Assembly: GCF_009914755.1 (NCBI RefSeq)
Contig: NC_060926.1
Length of the DNA stretch: 64,000 nucleotides
Strand: one strand, 5' to 3'
Source: the human T2T-CHM13v2.0 reference genome, Homo sapiens
The translations under genes were made by a program, and so were the position numbers. The stretch's first letter is position 1, and every line of letters starts with the position of its first letter. Under the pieces are notes generated by a model, which searched no databases, was not told the DNA's origin, and saw only the letters and a list, made by a program, of their open reading frames with translations. Below, piece after piece: positions 26,517 through 41,000 of the stretch.

Positions 26517-29500
26517 TTGAGGATTTCGTTGGAAACGGGATTACATATAAAAAGCAGACAGCAGCATTCCCAGAAACTTCTTTGTGATGTTTGCATTCAA
26601 GTCACAGAGTTGAACATTCCCTTTCATAGAGCAGGTTTGAAACACTCTTTTTGTAGTATCTGGATGTGGACATTTGGAGCGCTTTCAGGCCTATGGTGAA
26701 AAAGGAAATATCTTCCCCTGAAAACTAGACAGAAGCATTCTCAGAAACTTATTTGCGATGTGCGCCCTCAACTAACAGTGTTGAACCTTTCTTTTATACA
26801 GCAGTTTTGAAACACTCTTTTTGTAATATCTGCAAGAGGATATTTGGATAGCTTTGAGGATTTCGTTGGAAACGGGATTGTCTTCATGTAAACTCTAGAC
26901 AGAAACATTCTCAGAAGCTTCATTGGGATGTTTCAATTGAAGTCACAGTGTTGAACAGTTCCTTTCATAGAACAGGTTTGAAACACTCTTTTTGTAGTAT
27001 CTGGAAGTGGACATTTGGAGCGCTCTCAGGACTACGGTGAAAAAGGAAATATCTTCCAATAAAAGCTACATAGAAGCAATGTCAGAAACTTTTTCATGAT
27101 GTATCTACTCAGCTAACAGAGTTGAACCTTTCCTTTGAGAGAGCAGTTTTGAAACACTCTTTTTGTGGAATCTGCAAGTGGATATTTGTCTAGCTTTGAG
27201 GATTTCGTTGGAAACGGGATTACATATAAAAAGCAGACAGCAGCATTCCCAGTAACTTCTTTCTGATGTTTGCATTCAAGTCACAGAGTTGAAAATTCCC
27301 TTTCATAGAGCAGGTTTGAAACACTCTTTTTGTAGTATCTGGATGTGGACATTTGCAGCGCTTTCAGGCCTAAGTTGAAAAAGGAAATATCTTCCCCTGA
27401 AAACTAGACAGAAGCATTCTCAGAAACTTATTTGTGATGTGCGCCCTCAACTAACAGTGTTGAAGCTTTCTTTTGATAGAGCAGTTTTGAAACACTCTTT
27501 TTGTGGAATCTGCAAGTGGATATTTGTCTAGCTTTGAGAATTTCGTTGGAAACGGGATTACATATAAAAAGCAGACAGCAGCATTCCCAGAATCTTGTTT
27601 GTGATGTTTGCATTCAAGTCACAGAGTTGAACATTCCCTTTCAGAGAGCAGGTTTGAAACACTCTTTTTATAGTATCTGGATGTGGACATTTGGAGCGCT
27701 TTCAGGCCTATGGTGAAAAAGGAAATATCTTCTCCTGAAAACTAGACAGAAGCATTCTCAGAATCTTATTTGTGATGTGCGCCCTCAACTAACAGTGTTG
27801 AAGCTTTCTTTTGATAGAGCAGTTTTGAAACACTCTTTTTGTAATATCTGCAAGAGGATATTTGGATAGCTTTGAGGATTTCGTTGGAAACGGGATTGTC
27901 TTCATATAAACTCTAGACAGAAGCATTCTCAGAAGCTTCATTGGGATGTTTCAATTGAAGTCACAGTGTTGAACAGTTCCTTTCATAGAACAGGTTTGAA
28001 ACACTCTTTTTGTAGTATCTGGAAGTGGACATTTGGAGCGCTCTCAGGACTATGGTGAAAAAGGAAATATCTTCCAATAAAAGCTACATAGAAGCAATGT
28101 CAGAAACTTTTTCATGATGTATCTACTCAGCTAACAGAGTTGAACCTTTCCTTTGAGAGAGCAGTTTTGAAACACTCTTTTTGTGGAATCTGCAAGTGGA
28201 TATTTGTCTAGCTTTGAGGATTTCGTTGGAAACGGGATTACATATAAAAAGCAGACGGCAGCATTCCCAGTAACTTCTTTGTGATGTTTTCATTCAAGTC
28301 ACAGAGTTGAACATTCCCTTTCATAGAGCAGGTTTGAAACACTCTTTTTGTAGTATCTGGATGTGGACATTTGGAGCGCTTTCAGACCTATGGTGAAAAA
28401 GGAAATATCTTCCCCTGAAAACTAGACAGAAGCATTCTCAGAAACTTATTTGTGATGTGCGCCCTCAACTAACAGTGTTGAACCTTTCTTTTGATAGAGC
28501 AGTTTTGAAACACTCTTTTTGTAATATCTGCAAGAGGATATTTGGATAGCTTTGAGGATTTCGTTGGAAACGGAATTGTCTTCATATAAACTCTAGACAG
28601 AAGCATTCTCAGAAGCTTCATTGGGATGTTTCAATTGAAGTCACAGTGTTGAACAGTCCCTTTCATAGAGCAGGTTTGAAACACTCTTTTTGTAGTATCT
28701 GGAAGTGGACATTTGGAGAGATCTCAGGAATACGGTGATAAAGGAAATATCTTCCAATAAAAGCTAGATAGAAGCAATGTCAGAAACTTTTTCATGATGT
28801 ATCTACTCAGCTAACAGAGTTGAACCTTTCTTTTGAGAGTGCAGTTTTGAAACACTCTTTTTGTGGAATCTGCAAGTGGATATTTGTCTAGCTTTGAGGA
28901 TTTCGTTGGAAACGGGATTACATATAAAAAGCAGACAGCAGCATTCCCAGAAATTTCTTTGTGAAGTTTGCATTCAAGTCACAGAGTTGAACATGCCCTT
29001 TCATAGAGCAGGTTTGAAACACTCTTTTTGTAGTATCTGTATGTGGACATTTGGAGCGCTTTCAGGCCTATGGTGAAAAAGGAAATATCTTCCCCTGAAA
29101 ACTAGACAGAAGCATTCTCAGAAACTTATTTGTGATGTGCGCCCTCAACTAACAGTGTTGAACCTTTCTTTTGATAGAGCAGTTTTGAAACACTCTTTTT
29201 GTAATATTTGCAAAAGGATATTTGGATAGCTTTAAGGATTTCGTTGGAAACGGGATTGTCTTCATATAAACTCTAGACAGAAGCATTCTCAGAAGCTTCA
29301 TTGGGATGTTTCAATTGAAGTCACAGTGTTGAACAGTCCCTTTCATAGAGCAGGTTTGAAACACTCTTTTTGTAGTATCTGGAAGTGGACATTTGGAGCG
29401 CTCTCAGGACTGCGGTGAAAAAGGAAATATCTTCCAATAAAAGCTAGATAGAAGCAATGTCAGAAACTTTTTCATGATGTATCTACTCAGCTAACAGAGT

Positions 29501-32500
29501 TGAACCTTCCTTTGAGAGAGCAGTTTTGAAACACTCTTTTTGTGGAATCTGCAAGTGGATATTTGTCTAGCTTTGAGGATTTCGTTGGAAACGGGATTAC
29601 ATATAAAAAGCAGACAGCAGCATTCCCAGAAACTTCTTTGTGATGTTTGCATTCAAGTCACAGAGTTGAACATTCCCTTTCATAGAGCAGGTTTGAAACA
29701 CTGTTTTTGTAGTATCTGGATGTGGACATTTGCAGCGCTTTCAGGCCTAAGGTGAAAAAGGAAATATCTTCCCCTGAAAACTAGACAGAAGCATTCTCAG
29801 AAACTTATTTGTGATGTGCGCCCTCAACTAACAGTGTTGAAGCTTTCTTTTGATAGAGCAGTTTTGAAACACTCTTTTTGTGGAATCTGCAAGTGGATAT
29901 TTGTCTAGCTTTGAGGATTTCTTTTGAAACGGGATTACATATAAAAAGCAGACAGCAGCATTCCCAGAATCTTGTTTGTGATGTTTGCATTCAAGTCACA
30001 GAGTTGAACATTCCCTTTCAGAGAGCAGGTTTGAAACACTCTTTTTGTAGTATCTGGAAGTGGACATTTTGAGAGATCTCAGGAATACGGTGATAAAGGA
30101 AATATCTTCCAATAAAAGCTAGATAGAAGCAATGTCAGAAACTTTTTCATGATGTATCTACTCAGCTAACAGAGTTGAACCTTTCTTTTGAGAGAGCAGT
30201 TTTGAAACACTCTTTTTGTGGAATCTGCAAGTGGATATTTGTCTAGCTTTGAGGATTTCGTTGGAAACGGGATTACATATAAAAAGCAGACAGCAGCATT
30301 CCCAGAAACTTCTTTGTGATGTTTGCATTCAAGTCACAGAGTTGAACATTCCCTTTCATAGAGCAGGTTTGAAACACTCTTTTTGTAGTATCTGGATGTG
30401 GACATTTGGAGCGCTTTCAGGCCTATGGTGAAAAAGGAAATATCTTCCCCTGAAAACTAGACAGAAGCATTCTCAGAAACATATTTGCGATGTGCGCCCT
30501 CAACTAACAGTGTTGAACCTTTCTTTTGATAGAGCAGTTTTGAAACACTCTTTTTGTAATATCTGCAAGAGGATATTTGGATAGCTTTGAGGATTTCGTT
30601 GGAAACGGGATTGTCTTCATGTAAACTCTAGACAGAAACATTCTCAGAAGCTTCATTGGGATGTTTCAATTGAAGTCACAGTGTTGAACAGTTCCTTTCA
30701 TAGAACAGGTTTGAAACACTCTTTTTGTAGTATCTGGAAGTGGACATTTGGAGCGCTCTCAGGACTACGGTGAAAAAGGAAATATCTTCCAATAAAAGCT
30801 ACATAGAAGCAATGTCAGAAACTTTTTCATGATGTATCTACTCAGCTAACAGAGTTGAACCTTTCCTTTGAGAGAGCAGTTTTGAAACACTCTTTTTGTG
30901 GAATCTGCAAGTGGATATTTGTCTAGCGTTGAGGATTTCGTTGGAAACGGGATTACATATAAAAAGCAGACAGCAGCATTCCCAGTAACTTCTTTCTGAT
31001 GTTTGCATTCAAGTCACAGAGTTGAACGTTCCCTTTCATAGAGCAGGTTTGAAACACTCTTTTTGAAGTATCTGGATGTGGACATTTGGAGCGCTTTCAG
31101 GCCTATGGTGAAAAAGGAAATATCTTCCCCTGAAAACTAGACAGAAGCATTCTCAGAAACTTATTTGTGATGTGCGCCCTCAACTAACAGTGTTGAACCT
31201 TTCTTTTGATAGAGCAGTTTTGAAACACTCTTTTTGTAATATCTGCAAGAGGATATTTGGATAGCTTTGAGGATTTCGTTGGAAACGGGATTGTCTTCAT
31301 ATAAACTCTAGACAGAAGCATTCTCAGAAGCTTCATTGGGATGTTTCAATTGAAGTCACAGTGTTGAACAGTCCCTTTCATAGAGCAGGTTTGAAACACT
31401 CTTTTTGTAGTATCTGGAAGTGGACATTTGGAGCGCTCTCAGGACTCCGGTGATAAAGGAAATATCTTCCAATAAAAGCTAGATAGAAGCAATGTCAGAA
31501 ACTTTTTCATGATGTATCTACTCAGCTAACAGAGTTGAACCTTTCTTTTGAGAGAGCAGTTTTGAAACACTCTTTTTGTGGAATATGGAAGTGGATATTT
31601 GTCTAAATTTGAGGATTTCGTTGGAAACGGGATTACATATAAAAAGCAGACAGCAGCATTCCCAGAATCTTCTTTGTGATGTTTGCATTCAAGTCACAGA
31701 GTTGAACATTCCCTTTCATAGAGCAGGTTTGAAACACTCTTTTTGTAGTATCTGGATGTGGACATTTGGAGCGCTTTCAGGCCTATGGTGAAAAAGGAAA
31801 TATCTTCCCCTGAAAACTAGACAGAAGCATTCTCAGAATCTTATTTGTGATGTGCGCCCTCAACTAACAGTGTTGAAGCTTTCTTTTGATAGAGCAGTTT
31901 TGAAACACTCTTTTTGTAAAATCTGCAAGAGGATATTTGGATAGCTTTGAGGATTTCGTTGGAAACGGGATTGTCTTCATATAAACTCTAGACAGAAGCA
32001 TTCTCAGAAGCTTCATTGGGATGTTTCAATTGAAGTCACAGTGTTGAACAGTCCCTTTCATAGAGCAGGTTTGAAACACTCTTTTTGTAGTATCTGGAAG
32101 TGGACATTTGGAGAGATCTCAGGAATACGGTGATAAAGGAAATATCTTCCAATAAAAGCTAGATAGAAGCAATGTCAGAAACTTTTTCATGATGTATCTA
32201 CTCAGCTAACAGAGTTGAACCTTTCTTTTGAGAGAGCAGTTTTGAAACACTCTTTTTGTGGAATCTGCAAGTGGATATTTGTCTAGCTTTGAGGATTTCG
32301 TTGGAAACGGGATTACATATAAAAAGCAGACAGCGGCATTCCCAGAAACTTCTTTGTGATGTTTGCATTCAAGTCACAGAGTTGAACATTCCCTTTCATA
32401 CAGCAGGTTTGAAACACTCTTTTTGTAGTATCTGGATGTGGACATTTGCAGCGCTTTCAGGCCTAAGGTGAAAAAGGAAATATCTTCCCCTGAAAACTAG

Positions 32501-33986
32501 ACAGAAGCATTCTCAGAAACTTATTTCTGATGTGCGCCCTCAACTAACAGTGTTGAAGCTTTCTTTTGATAGAGCAGTTTTGAAACACTCTTTTTGTGGA
32601 ATCTGCAAGTGGATATTTGTCTAGCTTTGAGAATTTCGTTGGAAACGGGATTACATATAAAAAGCAGACAGCAGCATTCCCAGAATCTTGTTGGTGATGT
32701 TTGCATTCAAGTCACAGAGTTGAACATTTCCTTTCAGAGAGCAGGTTTGAAACACTCTTTTTATAGTATCTGGATGTGGACATTTGGAGCGCTTTCAGGC
32801 CTATGGTGAAAAAGGAAATATCTTCTCCTGAAAACTAGACAGAAGCATTCTCAGAATCTTATTTGTGATGTGCGCCCTCAACTAACAGTGTTGAAGCTTT
32901 CTTTTGATAGAGCAGTTTTGAAACACTCTTTTTGTAATATCTGCAAGAGGATATTTGGATAGCTTTGAGGATTTCGTTGGAAACGGGATTGTCTTCATAT
33001 AAACTCTAGACAGAAGCATTCTCAGAAGCTTCATTGGGATGTTTCAATTGAAGTCACACTGTTGAACAGTTCCTTTCATAGAACAGGTTTGAAACACTCT
33101 TTTTGTAGTATCTGGAAGTGGACATTTGGAGCGCTCTCAGGACTATGGTGAAAAAGGATATAACTTCCAATAAAAGCTACATAGAAGCAATGTCAGAAAC
33201 TTTTTCATGATGTATCTACTCAGCTAACAGAGTTGAACCTTTCCTTTGAGAGAGCAGTTTTGAAACACTCTTTTTGTGGAATCTGCAAGTGGATATTTGT
33301 CTAGCTTTGAGGATTTCGTTGGAAACGGGATTACATATAAAAAGCAGACAGCAGCATTCCCAGTAACTTCTTTGTGATGTTTTCATTCAAGTCACAGAGT
33401 TGAACATTCCCTTTCATAGAGCAGGTTTGAAACACTCTTTTTGTAGTATCTGGATGTGGACATTTGGAGCGCTTTCAGACCTATGGTGAAAAAGGAAATA
33501 TCTTCCCCTGAAAACTAGACAGAAGCATTCTCAGAAACTTATTTGTGATGTGCGCCCTCAACTAACAGTGTTGAACCTTTCTTTTGATAGAGCAGTTTTG
33601 AAACACTCTTTTTGTAATATCTGCAAGAGGATATTTGGATAGCTTTGAGGATTTCGTTGGAAACGGAATTGTCTTCATATAAACTCTAGACAGAAGCATT
33701 CTCAGAAGCTTCATTGGGATGTTTCAATTGAAGTCACAGTGTTGAACAGTCCCTTTCATAGAGCAGGTTTGAAACACTCTTTTTGTAGTATCTGGAAGTG
33801 GACATTTGGAGAGATCTCAGGAATACGGTGATAAAGGAAATATCTTCCAATAAAAGCTAGATAGAAACAATGTCAGAAACTTTTTCATGATGTATCTACT
33901 CAGCTAACAGAGTTGAACCTTTCTTTTGAGAGAGCAGTTTTGAAACACTCTTTTTGTGGAATCTGCAAGTGGATATTTGTCTAGCT

Positions 33987-35007
33987 TTGAGGATTTCGTT
34001 GGAAACGGGATTACATATAAAAAGCAGACAGCAGCATTCCCAGAAATTTCTTTGTGAAGTTTGCATTCAAGTCACAGAGTTGAACATGCCCTTTCATAGA
34101 GCAGGTTTGAAACATTCTTTTTGTAGTATCTGTATGTGGACATTTGGAGCGCTTTCAGGCCTATGGTGAAAAAGGAAATATCTTCCCCTGAAAACTAGAC
34201 AGAAGCATTCTCAGAATCTTATTTGTGATGTGCGCCCTCAACTAACAGTGTTGAAGCTTTCTTTTGATAGAGCAGTTTTGAAACACTCTTTTTGTAAAAT
34301 CTGCAAGAGGATATTTGGATAGCTTTGAGGATTTCTTTGGAAACGGGATTGTCTTCATATAAACTCTAGACAGAAGCATTCTCAGAAGCTTCATTGGGAT
34401 GTTTCAATTGAAGTCACAGTGTTGAACAGTCCCTTTCATAGAGCAGGTTTGAAACACTCTTTTTGTAGTATCTGGATGTGGACATTTGGAGCGCTTTCAG
34501 GCCTATGGTGAAAAAGGAAATATCTTCCCCTGAAAACTAGACAGAAGCATTCTCAGAATCTTATTTCTGATGTGCGCCCTCAACTAACAGTGTTGAAGCT
34601 TTCTTTTGATAGAGCAGTTTTGAAACACTCTTTTTGTAAAATCTGCAAGAGGATATTTGGATAGCTTTGAGGATTTCGTTGGAAACGGGATTGTCTTCAT
34701 ATAAACTCTAGAAAGAAGCATTCTCAGAAGCTTCATTGGGATGTTTCAGTTGAAGTCACAGTGTTGAACATTCCCTTTCATAGAGCAGGTTTGAAATACT
34801 CTTTTTGTAGTATCTGGAAGTGGACATTTGGAGCGCTGTCAGGACTGCGGTGAAAAAGGAAATATCTTCCAATAAAAGCTAGATAGAAGCAATGTCAGAA
34901 ACTTTTTCATGATGTATCTACTCAGCTAACAGATTTGAACCTTCCTTTGAGAGAGCAGTTTTGAAACACTCTTTTTGTGGAATCTGCAAGTGGATATTTG
35001 TCTAGCT
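33987..35007 (+). repeat. 6-mer HOR variant (1021 bp, includes a 1-bp deletion)
   Basis: P units at 33987 and 35008 enclose two Q boxes. The AACCTTCCTTTG 1-bp-deletion allele is near 34940. Confidence 0.85.
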
Positions 35008-38000
35008 TTGAGGATTTCGTTGGAAATGGGATTACATAAAAAAAGCAGACAGCAGCATTCCCAGAAACTTCTTTGTGATGTTTGCATTCAAGTCACAGAG
35101 TTGAACATTTCCTTTCATAGAGCAGGTTTGAAACACTCTTTTTGTAGTATCTGGATGTGGACATTTTCAGCGCTTTCAGGCCTAAGGTGAAAAAGGAAAT
35201 ATCTTCCCCTGAAAACTAGACAGAAGCATTCTCAGAAACTTATTTGTGATGTGCGCCCTCAACTAACAGTGTTGAAGCTTTCTTTTGATAGAGCAGTTTT
35301 GAAACACTCTTTTTGTGGAATCTGCATGTGGATATTTTTCTAGCTTTGAGGATTTCGTTGGAAACGGGATTACATATAAAAAGCAGACAGCAGCATTCCC
35401 AGAATCTTGTTTGTGATGTTTGCATTCAAGTCACAGAGTTGAACATTCCCTTTCAGAGAGCAGGTTTGAAACACTCTTTTTATAGTATCTGGATGTGGAC
35501 ATTTGGAGCGCTTTCAGGCCTATGGTGAAAAAGGAAATATCTTCTCCTGAAAACTAGACAGAAGCATTCTCAGAATCTTATTTGTGATGTGCGCCCTCAA
35601 CTAGCAGTGTTGAAACTTTCTTTTGATAGAGCAGTTTTGAAACACTCTTTTTGTAAAATCTGCAAGAGGATATTTGGATAGCTTTGAGGATTTCGTTGGA
35701 AACGGGATTGTCTTCATATAAAATCTAGACAGAAGCATTCTCAAAAGCTTCATTGGGATGTTTCAACTGAAGTCACAGTGTTGAACAGTCCCTTTCATAG
35801 AGCAGGTTTGAAACACTCTTTTGGTAGTATCTGGAAGTGGACATTTGGAGCGCTCTTAGGACTACGGTGAAAAAGGAAATATCTTCCAATAAAAGCTACA
35901 TAGAAGCAATGTCAGAAACTTTTTCATGATGTATCTACTCAGCTAACAGAGTTGAACCTTTCTTTTGAGAGAGCAGTTTTGAAACACTCTTTTTGTGGAA
36001 TCTGCAAGTGGATATTTGTCTAGCTTTGAGGATTTCGTTGGAAACGGGAATACATATAAAAAGCAGACAGCAGCATTCCCAGAAACTTCTTTGTGATGTT
36101 TGCATTCAAGTCACAGAGTTGAACATTCCCTTTCATAGAGCAGGTTTGAAACACTCTTTTTGTAGTATCTGTATGTGGACATTTGGAGCGCTTTCAGGCC
36201 TATGGTGAAAAAGGAAATATCTTCCCCTGAAAACTAGACAGAAGCATTCTCAGAATCTTATTTGTGATGTGCGACCTCAACTAACAGTGTTGAAGCTTTC
36301 TTTTGATAGAGCAGTTTTGAAACACTCTTTTTGTAAAATCTGCAAGAGGATATTTGGATAGCTTTGAGGATTTCGTTGGAAACGGGATTGTCTTCATATA
36401 AACTCTAGACAGAAGCATTCTCAGAAGCTTCATTGGGATGTTTCAATTGAAGTCACAGTGTTGAACAGTCCCTTTCATAGAGCAGGTTTGAAACACTCTT
36501 TTTGTAGTATCTGGAAGTGGACATTTGGAGAGATCTCAGGAATACGGTGAAAAAGGAAATATCTTCCAATAAAAGCTAGATAGAAGCAATGTCAGAAACT
36601 TTTTCATGATGTATCTACTCAGCTAACAGAGTTGAACCTTTCTTTTGAGAGAGCAGTTTTGAAACACTCTTTTTGTGGAATCTGCAAGTGGATATTTGTC
36701 TAGCTTTGAGGATTTCTTTGGAAACGGGAATACATATAAAAAGCAGTCAGCAGCATTCCCAGAATCTTCTTTGTGATGTTTGCATTCAAGTCACAGAGTT
36801 GAACATTCCCTTTCATAGAGCAGGTTTGAAACACTCTTTTTGTAGTATCTGTATGTGGACATTTGGAGCGCTTTCAGGCCTATGGTGAAAAAGGAAATAT
36901 CTTCCCCTGAAAACTAGACAGAAGCATTCTCAGAATCTTATTTGTGATGTGCGCCCTCAACTAACAGTGTTGAAGCTTTCTTTTGATAGAGCAGTTTTGA
37001 AACACTCTTTTTGTAAAATCTGCAAGAGGATATTTGGATAGCTTTGAGGATTTCGTTGGAAACGGGATTGTCTTCATATAAACTCTAGACAGAAGCATTC
37101 TCAGAAGCTTCATTGGGATGTTTCAATTGAAGTCACAGTGTTGAACAGTCCCTTTCATAGAGCAGGTTTGAAACACTCTTTTTGTAGTATCTGGATGTGG
37201 ACATTTGGAGCGCTTTCAGGCCTATGGTTTAAAAGGAAATATCTTCCCCTGAAAACTAGACAGAAGCATTCTCAGAAACTTATTTGTGATGTGCGCCCTC
37301 AACTAACAGTGTTGAAGCATTCTTTTGATAGAGCAGTTTTGAAACACTCTTTTTGTGGAATCTGCAAGTGGATATTTGTCTAGCTTTGAGGATTTCTTTG
37401 GAAACGGGATTACATATAAAAAGCAGACAGCAGCATTCCCAGAAACTTCTTTGTGATGTTTGCATTCAAGTCACAGAGTTGAACATTCCCTTTCAGAGAG
37501 CAGGTTTGAAACACTCTTTATGTAGTATCTGGATGTGGACATTTGGAGCGCTTTCAGGCCTATGGTGAAAAAGGAAATATCTTCCCCTGAAAACTAGACA
37601 GAAGCATTCTCAGAATCTTATTTGTGATGTGCGCCCTCAACTAACAGTGTTGAAGCTTTCTTTTGATAGAGCAGTTTTGAAACACTCTTTTTGTAAAATC
37701 TGCAAGAGGATATTTGGATAGCTTTGAGGATTTCGTTGGAAACGGGATTGTCTTCATATAAACTCTAGACAGAATCATTCTCAGAAGCTTCATTGGGATG
37801 TTTCAATTGAAGTCACAGTGTTGAACAGTCCCTTTCATAGAGCAGGTTTGAAACACTCTTTGTAGTATCTGGAAGTGGACATTTGGAGCGCTCTCAGGAC
37901 TACGGTGAAAAAGGAAGTATCTTCCAATAAAAGCTAGATAGAAGCAATGTCAGAAACTTTTTCATGATGTATCTACTCAGCTAACAGAGTTGAACCTTTC

Positions 38001-41000
38001 TTTTGAGAGAGCAGTTTTGAAACACTCTTTTTGTGGAATCTGCAAGTGGATATTTCTCTAGCTTTGTGGATTTCGTTGGAAACGGGATTACATATAAAAA
38101 GCAGACAGCAGCATTCCCAGAATCTTCTTTGTGATGTTTGCATTCAAGTCACAGAGTTGAACATTCCCTTTCATAGAGCAGGTTTGAAACACTCTTTTTG
38201 TAGTATCTGGATGTGGACATTTGGAGCGCTTTCAGGCCTATGGTGAAAAAGGAAATATCTTCCCCTGAAAACTAGACAGAAGCATTCTCAGAATCTTCTT
38301 TGTGATGTGCGCCCTCAACTAACAGTGTTGAACCTTTCTTTTGATAGAGCAGTTTTGAAACACTCTTTTTGTAATATCTGCAAGAGGATATTTGGATAGC
38401 TTTGAGGATTTCGTTGGAAACGGGATTGTCTGCATATAAACTCTAGACAGAAGCAGTCTCAGAAGCTTCATTGGGATGTTTCAATTGAAGTCACAGTGTT
38501 GAACAGTCCCTTTCATAGAGCAGGTTTGAAACACTCTTTTTGTAGTATCTGGAAGTGGACATTTGGAGAGATCTCAGGAATACGGTGAAAAAGGAAATAT
38601 CTTCCAATAAAAGCTAGATAGAAGCAATGTCAGAAACTTTTTCATGATGTATCTACTCAGCTAACAGAGTTGAACCTTTCTTTTGAGAGAGCAGTTTTGA
38701 AACACTCTTTTTGTGGAATCTGCAAGTGGATATTGGTCTAGCTTTGAGGATTTCTTTGGAAACGGGAATACATATAAAAAGCAGACAGCAGCATTCCCAG
38801 AATCTTCTTTGTGATGTTTGCATTCAAGTCACAGAGTTGAACATTCCCTTTCATAGAGCAGGTTTGAAACACTCTTTTTGTAGTATCTGTATGTGGACAT
38901 TTGGAGCGCTTTCAGGCCTATGGTGAAAAAGGAAATATCTTCCCCTGAAAACTAGACAGAAGCATTCTCAGAATCTTATTTGTGATGTGCGCCCTCAACT
39001 AACAGTGTTGAAGCTTTCTTTTGATAGAGCAGTTTTGAAACACTCTTTTTGTAAAATCTGCAAGAGGATATTTGGATAGCTTTGAGGATTTCGTTGGAAA
39101 CGGGATTGTCTTCATATAAACTCTAGACAGAATCATTCTCAGAAGCTTCATTGGGATGTTTCAATTGAAGTCACAGTGTTGAACAGTCCCTTTCATAGAG
39201 CAGGTTTGAAACACTCTTTGTAGTATCTGGAAGTGGACATTTGGAGCGCTCTCAGGACTACGGTGAAAAAGGAAGTATCTTCCAATAAAAGCTAGATAGA
39301 AGCAATGTCAGAAACTTTTTCATGATGTATCTACTCAGCTAACAGAGTTGAACCTTTCTTTTGAGAGAGCAGTTTTGAAACACTCTTTTTGTGGAATCTG
39401 CAAGTGGATATTTGTCTAGCTTTGAGGATTACGTTGGAAACGGGATTACATATAAAAAGCAGACAGCAGCATTCCCAGAAACTTCTTTGTGAAGTTAGCA
39501 TTCAAGTCACAAAGTTGAACATTCCCTTTCATAGAGCAGGTTTGAAACACTCTTTTTGTACTATCTGGAAGTGGACATTTGGAGCGCTTTCAGGCCTATG
39601 GTGAAAAAGGAAATATCTTCCCCTGAAAACTAGACAGAAGCATTCTCAGAATCTTATTTTTGATGTGCGCCCTCAACTAACAGTGTTGAACCTTTCTTTT
39701 GATAGAGCAGTTTTGAAACACTCTTTTTGTAATATCTGCAAGAGGATATTTGGATAGCTTTGAGGATTTCGTTGGAAACGGGATTGTCTTCATATAAACT
39801 CTAGACAGAAGCATTCTCAGAAGCTTCATTGGGATGTTTCAATTGAAGTCACAGTGTTGAACAGTCCCTTTCATAGAGCAGGTTTGAAACACTCTTTTTG
39901 TAGTATCTGGAAGTGGACATTTGGAGAGATCTCAGGAATACGGTGATAAAGGAAATATCTTCCAATAAAAGCTAGATAGAAGCAATGTCAGAAACTTTTT
40001 CATGATGTATCTACTCAGCTAACAGAGTTGAACCTTTCTTTTGAGAGAGCAGTTTTGAAACACTCTTTTTGTGGAATCTGCAAGTGGATATTTGTCTAGC
40101 TTTGAGGATTTCGTTGGAAACGGGATTACATATAAAAAGCAGACAGCAGCATTCCCAGAAACTTCTTTGTGAAGTTAGCATTCAAGTCACAGAGTTGAAC
40201 ATTCCCTTTCATAGAGCAGGTTTGAAACACTCTTTTTGTAGTATCTGGATGTGGACATTTGGAGCGCTTTCAGGCCTATGGTGAAAAAGGAAATATCTTC
40301 CCCTGAAAACTAGACAGAAGCATTCTCAGAAACTTATTTGTGATGCGCGCCCTCAACTAACAGTGTTGAAGCTTTCTTTTGATAGAGCAGTTTTGAAACA
40401 CTCTTTTTGTGGAATCTGCAAGTGGATATTTGTCTAGCTTTGAGGATTTCGTTGGAAACGGGATTACATATAAAAAGCAGACAGCAGCATTCCCAGAATC
40501 TTCTTTGTGATGTTTGCATTCAAGTCACAGAGTTGAACATTCCCTTTCATAGAGCAGGTTTGAAACACTCTTTTTATAGTATCTGGATGAGGACATTTGG
40601 AGCGCTTTCAGGCCTATGGTGAAAAGGGAAATATCTTCTCCTGAAAACTAGACAGAAGCATTCTCAGAATCTTATTTGTGATGTGCGCCCTCAACTAACA
40701 GTGTTGAAGCTTTCTTTTGATAGAGCAGTTTTGAAACACTCTTTTTGTAAAATCTGCAAGAGGATATTTGGATAGCTTTGAGGATTTCATTGGAAACGGG
40801 ATTGTCTTCATATAAACTCTAGACAGAAGCATTCTCAGAAGCTTCATTGGGATGTTTCAATTGAAGTCACAGTGTTGAACAGTCCCTTTCATAGAGCAGG
40901 TTTGAAACACTCTTTTTGTAGTATCTGGAAGTGGACATTTGGAGAGATCTCAGGAATACGGTGATAAAGGAAATATCTTCCAATAAAAGCTAGATAGAAG

